From the sequence record NC_106513.1: a DNA stretch of 64,000 nucleotides; one strand, 5' to 3'. Below, one piece after another: positions 1 to 10,756 of this stretch (within the stretch, counting starts at the first letter, position 1; every line of letters starts with the position of its first letter). Position numbers and translations under genes: made by a program. Source of the stretch: Escherichia phage vB_EcoS_ESCO30. The notes beneath the pieces are model-generated. The model did no database searches, was not told the DNA's origin, and saw only the letters and a program-made list of their open reading frames with translations.

Positions 1-2
1 GA

Positions 3-386
3 AGAAGTTCTCCAGTGACTCTGTCCATAGAACTTAACTCCGCTAAAAACCTTAGTGTAGTATCTAATTTTAGAGTAACTAATACTGCTTCTGGAGATGT
101 AACTGAGTTTGTTGGCCCAGATGTGAAACTAGCCTGGGATAAGATACCTGAGGAAGAAATAATTCCAGAAATTTATTATACCCTAGAAATACATGATTCT
201 CAGGATAGAATGCTTCGTAGTATTAGGATAGAGGATGCCTATACTTATGACTATCTATTAACATATAATAAGGCGGATTTTGCTTTGCTGAACTCAGGTG
301 CTCTAGGTATCAATCGTAAATTACGATTTAGAATACGGGCTGAAGGAGAAAGCGGAGAACAATCTGTTAGTTGGGCCACTATTTAA
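3..386 (+). CDS. tail/baseplate protein, C-terminal fragment (ORF open at window edge)
   Basis: Reading frame open from window start with no upstream stop; sits directly upstream of the tail fibre gene block. Confidence 0.4.
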   Translation, partial: RSSPVTLSIELNSAKNLSVVSNFRVTNTASGDVTEFVGPDVKLAWDKIPEEEIIPEIYYTLEIHDSQDRMLRSIRIEDAYTYDYLLTYNKADFALLNSGALGINRKLRFRIRAEGESGEQSVSWATI

Positions 387-2489
387 ATGATTTCAAATAA
401 TGCACCAGCTAAAATGGTTCTAAATAGCGTCTTAACTGGATATACGTTGGCGTATATCCAGCATTCTATTTACTCAGATTATGACGTTATAGGCAGATCT
501 TTTTGGCTAAAAGAAGGTAGTAACATTACTCGTAGAGACTTCACGGGTGTGGATACTTTCTCTGTAACTATTAATAATCTAAAACCTACAACAACTTATG
601 AAGTTCAGGGTGCATTTTATGATTCCATAATAGACTCTGAACTTCTTAATGCACAGATAGGTATTAATCTATCTGATAAACAAACTTTTAAAATGAAATC
701 AGCACCTAGAATCACGGGTGCTCGATGCGAGTCAGAACCAGTAGATGTTGGTGTTGGAGCACCAATAGTTTATATAGACACTACAGGGGAGGCCGATTAT
801 TGTACTATCGAGTTAAAAAATAATTCTAATGCTAATAACCCGTGGGTTAAATATTACGTTGGTGCGCTAATGCCAACTATTATGTTTGGCGGTGTACCAA
901 TTGGATCCTATAAGGTAAGAATTTCTGGTCAAATAAGCCTACCAGACGGTGTTACTATTGATTCGTCTGGGTACTATGAGTATCCTACTGTTTTTGAAGT
1001 TAATTATAATTTTGTTCCTCCTACCGCACCTACTAATATTGAATTTAAAGCAGCGCGTATTGCAGATGGTAAAGAACGCTATGATTTGCGTGTTCAGTGG
1101 GATTGGAATAGGGGTGCAGGTGCTAATGTTCGTGAGTTTGTTCTATCCTATATAGATTCAGCAGAATTTGCTAGAACTGGATGGACTAAGGCACAAAAAA
1201 TTAACGTGGGTGCTGCTCAATCAGCAACAATTATATCATTCCCATGGAAAGTAGAGCATAAATTTAAAGTGTCATCTATTGCCTGGGGACCCGGTGCTCA
1301 AGATGTTACTGATTCCGCAGTACAGACATTTATATTAAATGAGAGCACACCGTTAGATAATAGTTTTGTTAATGAAACTGGTATAGAAGTAAATTACGCG
1401 TACATTAAGGGTAAGATCAAAGACGGCTCTACTTGGAAACAAACTTTCCTGATAGATGCTGCTACTGGTGCAATTAACATTGGACTTCTAGATGCCGAAG
1501 GAAAAGCACCAATATCTTTTGACCCTATTAAAAAGATAGTTAACGTTGATGGAAGTGTAATAACTAAAACCATTAATGCTGCGAACTTTGTCATGACTAA
1601 TTTGACTGGTCAAGACAACCCTGCAATCTATACTCAAGGTAAGACTTGGGGAGATACAAGGTCTGGTATCTGGATGGGCATGGATAATACTACTGCCAAA
1701 CCAAAGCTAGATATCGGTAATGCTACACAATATATCCGCTACGATGGTGATACTCTAAGAATTTCTAGTGGGGTTGTGATTGGTACACCTAATGGCGACA
1801 TTGATATAGCAACAGGTATACAGGGTAAGCAAACAGTATTTATTTATATTCTAGATACTTCATTACCTGCTAAACCAACAAGCCCTGCATACCCACCTTC
1901 TGGTTGGTCTAAAACTCCACCGAATAGAACATCTAATACTCAGAATATTTACTGTTCTACTGGTACTCTGGACCCTGTTACTAATCAATTAGTATCGGGA
2001 ACTAGTTGGTCAGACGTAGTTCAGTGGAGTGGTACAGAAGGTGTTGATGGTAGGCCTGGAGCAGACGGTAAACCAGGTGCCGATGGCAGGCCAGGAGATA
2101 CAGGACAACGTGGTCCTGGAATGTATTCTCTTGCTATCGCTAATTTAACAGCATGGAATGATTCACAAGCTAATTCATTCTTTACATCTAACTTTGGTAC
2201 TGGCCCTGTTAAATATGATGTATTAACCGAGTATAAAAGTGGGGCACCAGGAACAGCGTTTACTAGGCAGTGGAATGGTTCAGCATGGGCTAGCCCTGCA
2301 ATGGTTTTACATGGTGACATGATAGTTAATGGTACAGTAACTGCTAGTAAAATTGTTGCTAATAACGCTTTCTTATCACAAATTGGTGTAAATATTATAT
2401 ATGATCGTGCAGCAGCACTATCCTCTAATCCAGAGGGATCTTACAAAATGAAGATAGACCTGCAAAACGGGTATATCCATATAAGGTAA
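387..2489 (+). CDS. tail baseplate/straight-fibre protein (T5 pb4-like) with collagen-like G-X-Y repeat
   Basis: 700 aa; [24 protein letters not shown] collagen-like stretch; Ser/Thr/Gly-rich beta-type composition; position upstream of L-shaped tail fibre. Confidence 0.55.
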   Translation: MISNNAPAKMVLNSVLTGYTLAYIQHSIYSDYDVIGRSFWLKEGSNITRRDFTGVDTFSVTINNLKPTTTYEVQGAFYDSIIDSELLNAQIGINLSDKQTFKMKSAPRITGARCESEPVDVGVGAPIVYIDTTGEADYCTIELKNNSNANNPWVKYYVGALMPTIMFGGVPIGSYKVRISGQISLPDGVTIDSSGYYEYPTVFEVNYNFVPPTAPTNIEFKAARIADGKERYDLRVQWDWNRGAGANVREFVLSYIDSAEFARTGWTKAQKINVGAAQSATIISFPWKVEHKFKVSSIAWGPGAQDVTDSAVQTFILNESTPLDNSFVNETGIEVNYAYIKGKIKDGSTWKQTFLIDAATGAINIGLLDAEGKAPISFDPIKKIVNVDGSVITKTINAANFVMTNLTGQDNPAIYTQGKTWGDTRSGIWMGMDNTTAKPKLDIGNATQYIRYDGDTLRISSGVVIGTPNGDIDIATGIQGKQTVFIYILDTSLPAKPTSPAYPPSGWSKTPPNRTSNTQNIYCSTGTLDPVTNQLVSGTSWSDVVQWSGTEGVDGRPGADGKPGADGRPGDTGQRGPGMYSLAIANLTAWNDSQANSFFTSNFGTGPVKYDVLTEYKSGAPGTAFTRQWNGSAWASPAMVLHGDMIVNGTVTASKIVANNAFLSQIGVNIIYDRAAALSSNPEGSYKMKIDLQNGYIHIR

Positions 2490-2493
2490 AATA

Positions 2494-2916
2494 ATGAGTA
2501 CAGAAAATAGAGTTATTGATTTAGTAGTAGATGAGAACGTACCTTATGGTTTACTTATGCAATTTATGGATGTAGATGATAGTGTTTATCCTGCTACATC
2601 TAAGCCAGTAGATCTTACTGGCTTCTCTCTTAGAGGGAGTATTAAAAGTAGCTTAGAAGATGGAGCTGAAATTTTAGCATCCTTTACCACTTCTATTGTG
2701 GATGCTAGACAAGGTGTAGCGTCTATAAGTCTACCTGTTAATGCTGTAACTACTATTGCATCTAAAGCATCTAAAGAAAGAGATAGATATAACCCTAGAC
2801 AAAGGTTGGCTGGATACTATGATGTAATTATTACTAGAACAGCTGTTGGTAGCGCTACTAGTTCTTTCCGCATTATGGAAGGCAAGGTTTATATTAGTGA
2901 TGGGGTAACTCAATAA
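2494..2916 (+). CDS. small tail protein (possibly collar/Ig-like, T5 p132-like)
   Basis: 140 aa ORF tightly coupled between the two fibre genes (stop/start overlap with next gene). Confidence 0.4.
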   Translation: MSTENRVIDLVVDENVPYGLLMQFMDVDDSVYPATSKPVDLTGFSLRGSIKSSLEDGAEILASFTTSIVDARQGVASISLPVNAVTTIASKASKERDRYNPRQRLAGYYDVIITRTAVGSATSSFRIMEGKVYISDGVTQ

Positions 2917-5900
2917 TGGCTATAACTAAAATAATTTTACAGCAAATGGTCACTATGGACCAGAATAGCATAACTGCAAGTAAGTATCCTAAATATACAG
3001 TTGTGCTTTCTAATTCCATTAGCTCTATTACGGCAGGAGAACTAACTACTGCTATAGAATCCTCTAAAGCTTCTGCTGCAGCAGCTAAACAATCAGAGAT
3101 TAATGCTAAACAGTCAGAGCTAAACGCTAAAGACTCTGAGAATGAAGCAGAAATTTCCGCAGCATCTTCCCAGCAATCTGCAACTCAGTCTGCATCTTCT
3201 GCTACTGCTTCTGCTAATAGCGCTAAAGCTGCTAAGACTTCTGAGACTAATGCAAAAGCTAGTGAGACGGCTGCAAAAACTTCAGAAACCAATGCAAAGG
3301 CTAGTGAAACAGCGGCTAAAACTTCTGAGACCAATGCTAATAGTAGCAAAACTGCTGCTGCTGCATCTGCTTCCGCAGCAAAAACCTCAGAAACTAATGC
3401 TGCTGCATCTGCTTCTGCCGCTAAAACCTCTGAAACTAACGCTAATAGTAGTAAAACTGCTGCTGCTAACAGTGCTAGTGCTGCTAAAGCATCAGAAACC
3501 AATGCTAAGACCTCAGAAACTAATGCGGCTGCTTCTGCTACTAAAGCTGAAAACGCAGCTTCCGGTATGCGTGATTCTATAGGTTTAGGTAATGCCCCCC
3601 GTAATTGTCCTGATATTTCTGGTAATCCTTCTGCGTATATTGGCTTTATGCGTATCATGAGTACTGCGGTAGGCTTTCCATCAATAGCCTCTGGAGAAAG
3701 TAGTCTTACAGGATTTATTAGTCAAGTGGATGGTAGTCCAGCGTACACTGGTGTTTTCCAAGGATGGGCGTCCCGCTCATTATATACATATCGTTGGGCA
3801 AGCAACATAGGCCCACAGTGGACACGTCATGCTCGTAAGAATGAGGTTGATAAGCTCGTCCAACTAAGTTCTGAGACCCACCTATTAAACCCGGGTGATA
3901 ATGCTAAAATAATTATTACTTCCAATAAACTCTGGGGAGCTTATGATATAGAGAATAGGACATACATACCTCTTGCAGTAGGACAGGGAGGTACCGGGGG
4001 TAGATCAGCTGCTGAAGCAAGAGCTAATCTACAGCTAAACCGCTTCCAACGTTCCAGTGATACAAGAACCATCGTTTGTTCAACAGATGTTCAGGCGGAT
4101 GGCTGTTATTTACAGGTTGATGCTAGTGGTCAGTGGGGCGCATTTAATCCTATAACTGGTAAATGGCAACCTCTCGCAATAGCTCAGGGTGGCACTGGTG
4201 CTCTTAATACTTCTGACGCACGTAGAAATCTGGAAGTAATGTATCGTAGATTTTCTACCTTAACAGACCAGAACTTGAATGATCTTACGGGTGAGTCTAC
4301 AGGTTTCTACTACCAGGGTCTATCTGCTAATGCAACTGCAGCCCGTAATTATCCTATTCAAGAAGCGGGAAACTTAATGGTACTACAAAATGGTGCTAAT
4401 GGGGTTGCTGGATGTTGTCAAATATACATTACCTTTAGTACTAATAGGATATACGAACGTAGTTATAACCCAGGTACCTCAACATGGTCTGCCTGGGGAT
4501 CTATCCTTAATAGTTATGATCCTAGCTACTGTAGACAGCTTATTGAGCTAGGTTCCCAGCATGCACCATTATTTGCTGGTCTAGCATTAACTGGATATAG
4601 TAATAGTACGGTAGCTGCTGGAGGTATTATTAATAGCTATCTAAGAGCTACAGATGGTACTCAAAGGGTACGTATGCGCTTATATCCAGAGAAACTTGCT
4701 GATGGGGTTGCGGCTGCAACGCTACAGGTTATGGGGGAAGATACTGGTCCATCTTATAAAACATTCCATTTTAAACACAATGGCCAATTATACGTACCAA
4801 ATGAAATAAATACGGAGACTATATCTGTTAGGGATCTTACTGTAACCCAACGAAATTTAGGTATACCTACTACTGGATTTATGGGTGATTACCAGACTAT
4901 CAATGCACCCGCAGGTGCTGTAGATGGAAAATACTACCCAGTTATATTCTATACTGGAGGTACCAGTGGTTATGGTATTACGCCTGTACCTATATTTGTG
5001 CGTACTCCTGGTAGATCTGCATCCCATGAGATGAACAATAATGTTTTCTCTGGATATGTAGCTTGTGGGGGTTGGAGTGATAGTCCCACTATGGCACACG
5101 GCATGTTTACAACATACGATCCTAATGAACTAGGGATCTTATGTATAAAGGGTAGTAACAAAGACTACTCTCAGCATATAGCAGTGTATGTACACTATAA
5201 GGCATTCCCTGTAAATATTATGACAGACCCTAAGGTTGTGATAACTGTTCCAACTGAGGATTATGTATTGGGTACTAACGGTGTTAAATTTAAGTTTGGG
5301 GTAACAGATGCGGGTGATGGGAACACAGAAGGTAATGTGAGTAATATTCTAAACTTTACTGGTGGTGGTTCTGGTTACTACTCTACCCATCCTTTCCGCC
5401 AGGGATTATCTAATAATTTTGCCCTAACTAATAACCTTAGTACTGGAGATGCTTTTTCTGCTACTGCACCTTCTTTTACTTTTAATGGTAGTGTTGTCGG
5501 TGCTAATAGTTATTCTGCTAGAGGTGATGCTGTAACAAAAAATACGTATATATCTCAACTGGTAAATAGTGCCGATAACATAGTAGGACAGAGTGAGTTT
5601 AGGGCAACCGAAGAAGCAGGACAAATTATTGTTAGGGATATGACTAGTTCTGCTAGTCATAAATTCTTTAATTTTAATAAGGATGGGACCTTTTCAGCTC
5701 CTTCCGGTATTTTATCCTCTACTGGTATAGACTGGAATACACAACATAATATTATCAATAAGTTTTATGGTATTGCTGGTCAAGTTAATAGTCCTGAAAA
5801 CAATGTTGTTTTTGGTGGTGTACATATAGGTTTTAGTGGTAACTTTGCTACTCAACTAGCCGGTAGGGGTAGTAGATATTACCTGAGAAGTATTGAATCT

Positions 5901-6845
5901 GGCACTATAGGTGCATGGAATCGTATAATTACGGATCAATATGCTGATTTTAAAGCACAAATTTTTGCTAACAAAAATGGCGAAGCTATAACCATTAAAT
6001 CGACAGTGAATGACAACTCGGAATCTGGATATATCGCTGGTAGAAATAATACCAATACCCGTTTATGGTACGTAGGAAAATCCGGTCCTCAAGAAACTGT
6101 GGTTATCCGTAATGAGATGAACGGAAACCAAATACTATTAAGGGATGGTGCTGGCGATATAAGCTTGGATACAAAGGGTGGGAATAAGGTCGTATACGCA
6201 AACGCGTCGAACTTTAGGCTTATTAATAGTAACGGAAAGTATACAAGATTAGTAACATCCGGAACTTCAACTCATGCAATTAGCCTGGATAACTGGGGTA
6301 CAACTACAAGACCAACTGTATTTGAATGTAAGTACGAAAATCCTTCTACTTCTGCTAACGTTGGTTGGATATTCTATGGTCAAGTAAATACCGATGGATC
6401 TAGAGTATTTCAAGTTAATGGTGCCGTTAACTGTGTAACTTTAAATCAAAGTTCCGACCGTGATCTTAAAGACAATATTAAACCAATCAAAGACGCAACA
6501 AATGCTTTGCGGAAAATGAATGGTTATACATATACACTTAAAGAAGACGGCTTACCTTATGCGGGTGTTATTGCTCAGGAAGTGATGGAGGCTCTACCTG
6601 AAGCTGTAAGTGGATTTACAAAATATACAGATCTTGAGGGACCTACTCTTACTGGAGAACAATTAGTTGGTGAAGAAAGATTCTACTCAGTAGACTATGG
6701 AGCAATTACCGGGTTATTAGTACAGGTAAGTAGGGAATCTGATAGTAGGATCACAGCTCTAGAATCAGAAGTATCTGATCTTAAAAAGCAAATTGCAGAC
6801 CTAACTCTAGTAGTTAACTCTTTGTTAGCAAATAGGGCACAGTAA
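2916..6845 (+). CDS. ltf: L-shaped tail fibre protein with C-terminal intramolecular chaperone (peptidase S74-like) domain
   Basis: 1309 aa; N-terminal AKTSETNAKASETAAKTSETNA tandem repeats; C-terminal SDRDLKDNIKPI...GYTYTLKEDGLPYAGVIAQEV...coiled-coil chaperone-domain signature. Confidence 0.8.
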   Translation: MAITKIILQQMVTMDQNSITASKYPKYTVVLSNSISSITAGELTTAIESSKASAAAAKQSEINAKQSELNAKDSENEAEISAASSQQSATQSASSATASANSAKAAKTSETNAKASETAAKTSETNAKASETAAKTSETNANSSKTAAAASASAAKTSETNAAASASAAKTSETNANSSKTAAANSASAAKASETNAKTSETNAAASATKAENAASGMRDSIGLGNAPRNCPDISGNPSAYIGFMRIMSTAVGFPSIASGESSLTGFISQVDGSPAYTGVFQGWASRSLYTYRWASNIGPQWTRHARKNEVDKLVQLSSETHLLNPGDNAKIIITSNKLWGAYDIENRTYIPLAVGQGGTGGRSAAEARANLQLNRFQRSSDTRTIVCSTDVQADGCYLQVDASGQWGAFNPITGKWQPLAIAQGGTGALNTSDARRNLEVMYRRFSTLTDQNLNDLTGESTGFYYQGLSANATAARNYPIQEAGNLMVLQNGANGVAGCCQIYITFSTNRIYERSYNPGTSTWSAWGSILNSYDPSYCRQLIELGSQHAPLFAGLALTGYSNSTVAAGGIINSYLRATDGTQRVRMRLYPEKLADGVAAATLQVMGEDTGPSYKTFHFKHNGQLYVPNEINTETISVRDLTVTQRNLGIPTTGFMGDYQTINAPAGAVDGKYYPVIFYTGGTSGYGITPVPIFVRTPGRSASHEMNNNVFSGYVACGGWSDSPTMAHGMFTTYDPNELGILCIKGSNKDYSQHIAVYVHYKAFPVNIMTDPKVVITVPTEDYVLGTNGVKFKFGVTDAGDGNTEGNVSNILNFTGGGSGYYSTHPFRQGLSNNFALTNNLSTGDAFSATAPSFTFNGSVVGANSYSARGDAVTKNTYISQLVNSADNIVGQSEFRATEEAGQIIVRDMTSSASHKFFNFNKDGTFSAPSGILSSTGIDWNTQHNIINKFYGIAGQVNSPENNVVFGGVHIGFSGNFATQLAGRGSRYYLRSIESGTIGAWNRIITDQYADFKAQIFANKNGEAITIKSTVNDNSESGYIAGRNNTNTRLWYVGKSGPQETVVIRNEMNGNQILLRDGAGDISLDTKGGNKVVYANASNFRLINSNGKYTRLVTSGTSTHAISLDNWGTTTRPTVFECKYENPSTSANVGWIFYGQVNTDGSRVFQVNGAVNCVTLNQSSDRDLKDNIKPIKDATNALRKMNGYTYTLKEDGLPYAGVIAQEVMEALPEAVSGFTKYTDLEGPTLTGEQLVGEERFYSVDYGAITGLLVQVSRESDSRITALESEVSDLKKQIADLTLVVNSLLANRAQ

Positions 6846-6851
6846 AAAAGA

Positions 6852-6886
6852 AACCCCAGTGGACAAAATCCACTGGGGTTTTTTCT
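6852..6886. terminator. bidirectional rho-independent terminator
   Basis: AACCCCAGTGG-loop-CCACTGGGGTT hairpin flanked by A-run upstream and T-run downstream, between convergent gene blocks. Confidence 0.7.
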
Positions 6887-6887
6887 A

Positions 6888-7097
6888 TTATTCGCTTCTA
6901 CAACCTTCTATAATACCAAGATTATAAATAGTTAATAGTATTTTTAAATGCTCATTGTCGTTATTAGTACAAAGTTCCACAAAACCTTCAGGATCCCAGA
7001 AAATAACATTACCCTCTTTATCTGTTTTTAGTACAACCATTTCTGGTTCAGTAGTTTTAATCTGATAAGTTGACGCATTAGTATCAATACCTACCAT
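6888..7097 (-). CDS. hypothetical protein
   Basis: Six-frame ORF trimmed to internal Met to avoid overlap with dut. Confidence 0.35.
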   Translation of the reverse strand: MVGIDTNASTYQIKTTEPEMVVLKTDKEGNVIFWDPEGFVELCTNNDNEHLKILLTIYNLGIIEGCRSE

Positions 7098-7113
7098 ATT
7101 AGGATCAACAAAA

Positions 7114-7560
7114 TTACTTGCTTCCTGAGCTTCCAAATCCACCTTCTCCACGAATAGTCTCCCCTAGTTCGTCAACGATTTCAAAATTATGAGTTGAGTA
7201 GTGTGGTACTACTACTAGCTGACAAAGTCTTTCAAAATTTTCCAGAGTTTGAATTTCAGAACCATAGTTATAAAGGTTCATCTTAATAGTTCCACGATAG
7301 TCTGAGTCAATCACTCCTGCGGTGTTTGCAATCATCAGATGACGCTTACCTAAGGAGCTACGAGGGACCACCAAACCGAACCAACCTCGCGGAATTTCTA
7401 CCGCGACACCGGTGTCAATCATAAGAGATTTGCCTGGTGCAATAGCACGTAAATCTGCAGCAGGATTAGTACCAAAGAATGCTCGCAGATCCATACCTGC
7501 TGCATCTTCGGAACCAATCTTAGGCATACAATCTGGATGGGTTAATTTAATTTTAATCAT
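7114..7560 (-). CDS. dut: dUTP diphosphatase
   Basis: 148 aa; dUTPase motifs (AAGMDLRA, IDSDYRG, GGFGSSG). Confidence 0.85.
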   Translation of the reverse strand: MIKIKLTHPDCMPKIGSEDAAGMDLRAFFGTNPAADLRAIAPGKSLMIDTGVAVEIPRGWFGLVVPRSSLGKRHLMIANTAGVIDSDYRGTIKMNLYNYGSEIQTLENFERLCQLVVVPHYSTHNFEIVDELGETIRGEGGFGSSGSK

Positions 7561-8432
7561 TGTCCTGCAATCTCCAAAATATCTTTTGTAAATTTATCTA
7601 ATACATCTTGACCTACCGCAGCAATAGCATCCACACAGTAGGTAGGTAAATCAACCAGAATTAGGTTTCGATAAAGCAATTCTTCTGAAGCATTTAAATT
7701 CTGTATATATTTCTGTTTTCCAGGCAGTGGAAGCTGATCAATAATATCCAGAACGTTACCAAATTCACGAATAATGTTATATCCGCGCTTTGCCCCAATA
7801 CCTTCAACACCTCGGATATTATCTCCTAAATCACCCATAATTGCTTTCAGGGAGATGAACTGCTCTACATCGTCAACATTATGATGCTCATACATATCAC
7901 GAAGATGATATTCACGACGTGTTGTGAAAGAGAAGCGAGAAACTTTGTCAGTTAATAAAGTATCCCAGTCACCATCGGTAGAAATTAGCCAAACATGATC
8001 ATATAGATGCCCAATCAGCTTAACAATATAAGCTGCCATGTCGTCTGCTTCTACGCCCCGAATAGTGAAAGTTGGGAATGTAGTTTCACATAACTCGAAA
8101 GCATCTTTCAAATATTCGAAGAACTGCTCATCTAACGCTTTCTCCTCTTCCGTACGCTGCGAGTATTTCTCATCTCGGTTCCCTTTATACTCGGGGAGAT
8201 GCTCTAGGCGGAATGCGGACTTCCCTTTATCTCCTAAAACTATTGTAGTTCTAGCAGAATAAGATTTTGCTAGAGACTGAATAGTGGAAACATAACTTGA
8301 GGCAAATGGTTTTTTACTATTGTTATGCTTGAAGCGAAAGCCTAAGTTAGTTCCATCGACAATCATTAGGTTACGACGGGAAGCCATTTCAGCTTCCTCT
8401 TCTTCAATAAATTTTCCCCAGGATTTACTCAT
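7557..8432 (-). CDS. flap endonuclease / 5'-3' exonuclease (T5 D15-like)
   Basis: 291 aa; MIVDGTNLGFR N-terminus and acidic-residue pattern of the FEN/5'-nuclease family. Confidence 0.8.
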   Translation of the reverse strand: MSKSWGKFIEEEEAEMASRRNLMIVDGTNLGFRFKHNNSKKPFASSYVSTIQSLAKSYSARTTIVLGDKGKSAFRLEHLPEYKGNRDEKYSQRTEEEKALDEQFFEYLKDAFELCETTFPTFTIRGVEADDMAAYIVKLIGHLYDHVWLISTDGDWDTLLTDKVSRFSFTTRREYHLRDMYEHHNVDDVEQFISLKAIMGDLGDNIRGVEGIGAKRGYNIIREFGNVLDIIDQLPLPGKQKYIQNLNASEELLYRNLILVDLPTYCVDAIAAVGQDVLDKFTKDILEIAGQ

Positions 8433-8914
8433 TATTTAATTAAGTCCTCAACAGATGCATGATGTAGCCACGGCTCAAATAAACCAATTACGATTTCCAT
8501 GTCTTTCTTATTTAACACCATATGGGTACGACTCATTAAGTTGTCAACCATCGGGTCTGAGCTATCCAAAGCTATTAACCACTGTCCTCTGTCTTTTTTG
8601 AATATTAATGCAGGTTTGGAGTTCATCTGCTCACCTTCACGTGAGCACTGCTGCCACCACTTCTCTAGAGTGGATTCACCAACATTAAATAAATTACTTG
8701 ATATATTATCATCTTTATACCACTTAACTTCGAAGCAGTATTTACTAATGTGTCCGCTTTGTGGTGGAAGGTAGATGTCGCCCTTCAGTCCGTGGCTCTG
8801 GCCAAAAGCACCAGAGCCGGGAACACGTTCCCACTCAAGACCTGTACGCTCACGTAAAATATCTCTTACCTGATATTCACCACGTTTACCTTTCTCTCTA
8901 CTATCTACAGCCAT
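8432..8914 (-). CDS. hypothetical protein, possible nuclease/recombination accessory
   Basis: 160 aa ORF between FEN and SbcC-like genes; no confident motif. Confidence 0.4.
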   Translation of the reverse strand: MAVDSREKGKRGEYQVRDILRERTGLEWERVPGSGAFGQSHGLKGDIYLPPQSGHISKYCFEVKWYKDDNISSNLFNVGESTLEKWWQQCSREGEQMNSKPALIFKKDRGQWLIALDSSDPMVDNLMSRTHMVLNKKDMEIVIGLFEPWLHHASVEDLIK

Positions 8915-8917
8915 GTT

Positions 8918-10756
8918 TTATTCTAAGTAGGAAAATCCTTCTGCATCTTTTTTGACAGTAATCTTATGAGCTAATGGATGCGTATGCCCATGAGAAACAA
9001 TGATAGAATTTAGACTTTCTTCCTCATTTAATAGTTCAACGAGAGTATCAAGTCCTTTCGTATCAATAAAGCTAATTACTTCATCAAGGAATAGAAGATT
9101 AATATTAACTTTACTAATAGATGTTAACAGCATCCGAATAGCTAACAGGGTTGCTAGATTAATTCTACTTTGCTGACCAGTAGAGCAGTTCTCCATACTG
9201 GTACGATTTCCATCATTGAAGATTACTACTTGTAATTTCGTTTCATCAAGTTCAAACCCAAGTGCGAATTTACCACCAGTCATAATGGAAAGGTATTTAT
9301 TAATTAGTTCTTCAAATACTTTCACACTATGCTCTAGTTTATACCCCACCAGATTTTTCAAAGCAGCAATTAGAATATCAAGATCAGCTACAGCTTCTGA
9401 TACTCCATCAAGTTTGGAAGTAATTTCAGTCATTTCTGCTTCAGCTTTCTCAATCTGTTCTAGTTTCGCTTTATATTTTGCATTAGCTAATTCGACATTT
9501 GCATTATGCTCTTTGGCAATTGCAACCTTAGAGCGGCCATCAGCGATTTCCTGTTCTAATTGTCGGATTTGCACCTGTAGGATTTGCACATTGAGTTCTT
9601 CAAAAGAAGCATCACTCATTGAATTTTTGAACTCGTCTCTAGCTACCACTGCTTTATCCAAAGCATCCTTTGCTCTAGAATACGCAATGTACTCAAGTTG
9701 TTCTTTTTTCAACTGTCCTAGCTTAGCTTCAAGGGATTGCTTCTCTTTGAACAGAGGATCATATTCTACTCTAGCCATATCCATTGCTTTTTGAGCAGCA
9801 GTTGTATCCAGGTGAGTACCACAAGTAGGGCATTCAGTATTTGAAGCCTCTTGCTTGAACTTCTGATAACGTTTCTTAACTTCGCTCGCACGTGAGGTCA
9901 CAATCGTTAGGTCACGCGTAACACTCGAGATCTCTTCATTTTGGTCGGTGGGCGCGGGCAAATTTTTGAAAGGTTCAAAAGATTGTTCGGCAACTTGTAC
10001 AGCTTTGTCCAAATTACGCAACTTAGTAATATTAGCCTCTTGAGACTTGGCTAATGCCGCCTTAATTTTCGATTCAGTAAGTTCTTGTGCTAATGGCTCT
10101 TCATCAAACTCCGGCACCTCTACAGGTTCCTGCAAAGTTCCTAGATTATTTTTTCCATTAAGGATTTTCGTAATTACAGCCATTTGGCCCTGCAAATTAT
10201 TTAAGGTATTTGCTATTTCTTTACGGTCGGCCTTAATAGTTTCCGACATTTCTTTGTATTGTTCTTGGTTGAACAAGTTAACAAGAAAAGCCTTACGTGT
10301 TGCATCTGTTGCTTTTAGAAAATCTAGATTAGAACCCACTGATTGATAAATCAGTTTGGTGAATGTTTGAAAGTCACCACCCATAATTTCTTCAATCATC
10401 TTATATGTTTGGGTTGCCGTATGCCCACTAATATCTTCTCCATTCTTAATGAGTGTAACCTTAGCAGTTGATTTAACTACTTTATGCAATTCATACTCAT
10501 CTTCATCTTTTGAGAAGTAAGCGTGCATATCATACTCTTTTTTCGGAGAAGACCAAGAGAACAGAGCATCCTTCTTAATACCACGTGAGTTCTTATTATA
10601 GAACAGCTCTTCTATAACCGTGGCGATGGTAGATTTCCCTAGCCCATTGCCCCCGATTAGTTGAGTAACTGGATTCTTATCGAAATGAATTACGATATCC
10701 TTACCGTAAGACATAACGTTACTAAATTTTAGTGTCTTAATTGTAATCTTTGACAT
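8918..10756 (-). CDS. SbcC/Rad50-like recombination ATPase
   Basis: Walker A GGNGLGKST near N-terminus, long coiled-coil middle, CPTCG zinc hook, C-terminal LLFLDE Walker B-like signature; start set at MSKITIK. Confidence 0.75.
   Translation of the reverse strand: MSKITIKTLKFSNVMSYGKDIVIHFDKNPVTQLIGGNGLGKSTIATVIEELFYNKNSRGIKKDALFSWSSPKKEYDMHAYFSKDEDEYELHKVVKSTAKVTLIKNGEDISGHTATQTYKMIEEIMGGDFQTFTKLIYQSVGSNLDFLKATDATRKAFLVNLFNQEQYKEMSETIKADRKEIANTLNNLQGQMAVITKILNGKNNLGTLQEPVEVPEFDEEPLAQELTESKIKAALAKSQEANITKLRNLDKAVQVAEQSFEPFKNLPAPTDQNEEISSVTRDLTIVTSRASEVKKRYQKFKQEASNTECPTCGTHLDTTAAQKAMDMARVEYDPLFKEKQSLEAKLGQLKKEQLEYIAYSRAKDALDKAVVARDEFKNSMSDASFEELNVQILQVQIRQLEQEIADGRSKVAIAKEHNANVELANAKYKAKLEQIEKAEAEMTEITSKLDGVSEAVADLDILIAALKNLVGYKLEHSVKVFEELINKYLSIMTGGKFALGFELDETKLQVVIFNDGNRTSMENCSTGQQSRINLATLLAIRMLLTSISKVNINLLFLDEVISFIDTKGLDTLVELLNEEESLNSIIVSHGHTHPLAHKITVKKDAEGFSYLE

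Noticed and set aside
949-2320. Internal ORFs 949-1155 (+), 1394-1594 (-), 2021-2320 (-) within the 700-aa tail gene
   Set aside because: Fully nested in a long well-supported ORF; low-complexity or hydrophobic translations typical of out-of-frame artefacts
3142-3658. ORFs 3142-3582 (+) and 3185-3658 (-) with Leu- or Ala-rich low-complexity translations
   Set aside because: They lie inside the tail fibre repeat region in alternative frames or strand; the repetitive Ala/Ser/Thr codons create spurious long ORFs
8038-10346. Plus-strand ORFs nested in minus-strand FEN/SbcC genes (8038-8262, 8499-8774, 8761-8955, 9216-9794, 10047-10346)
   Set aside because: Antisense to long motif-supported genes; Ser/Cys-rich translations without motifs
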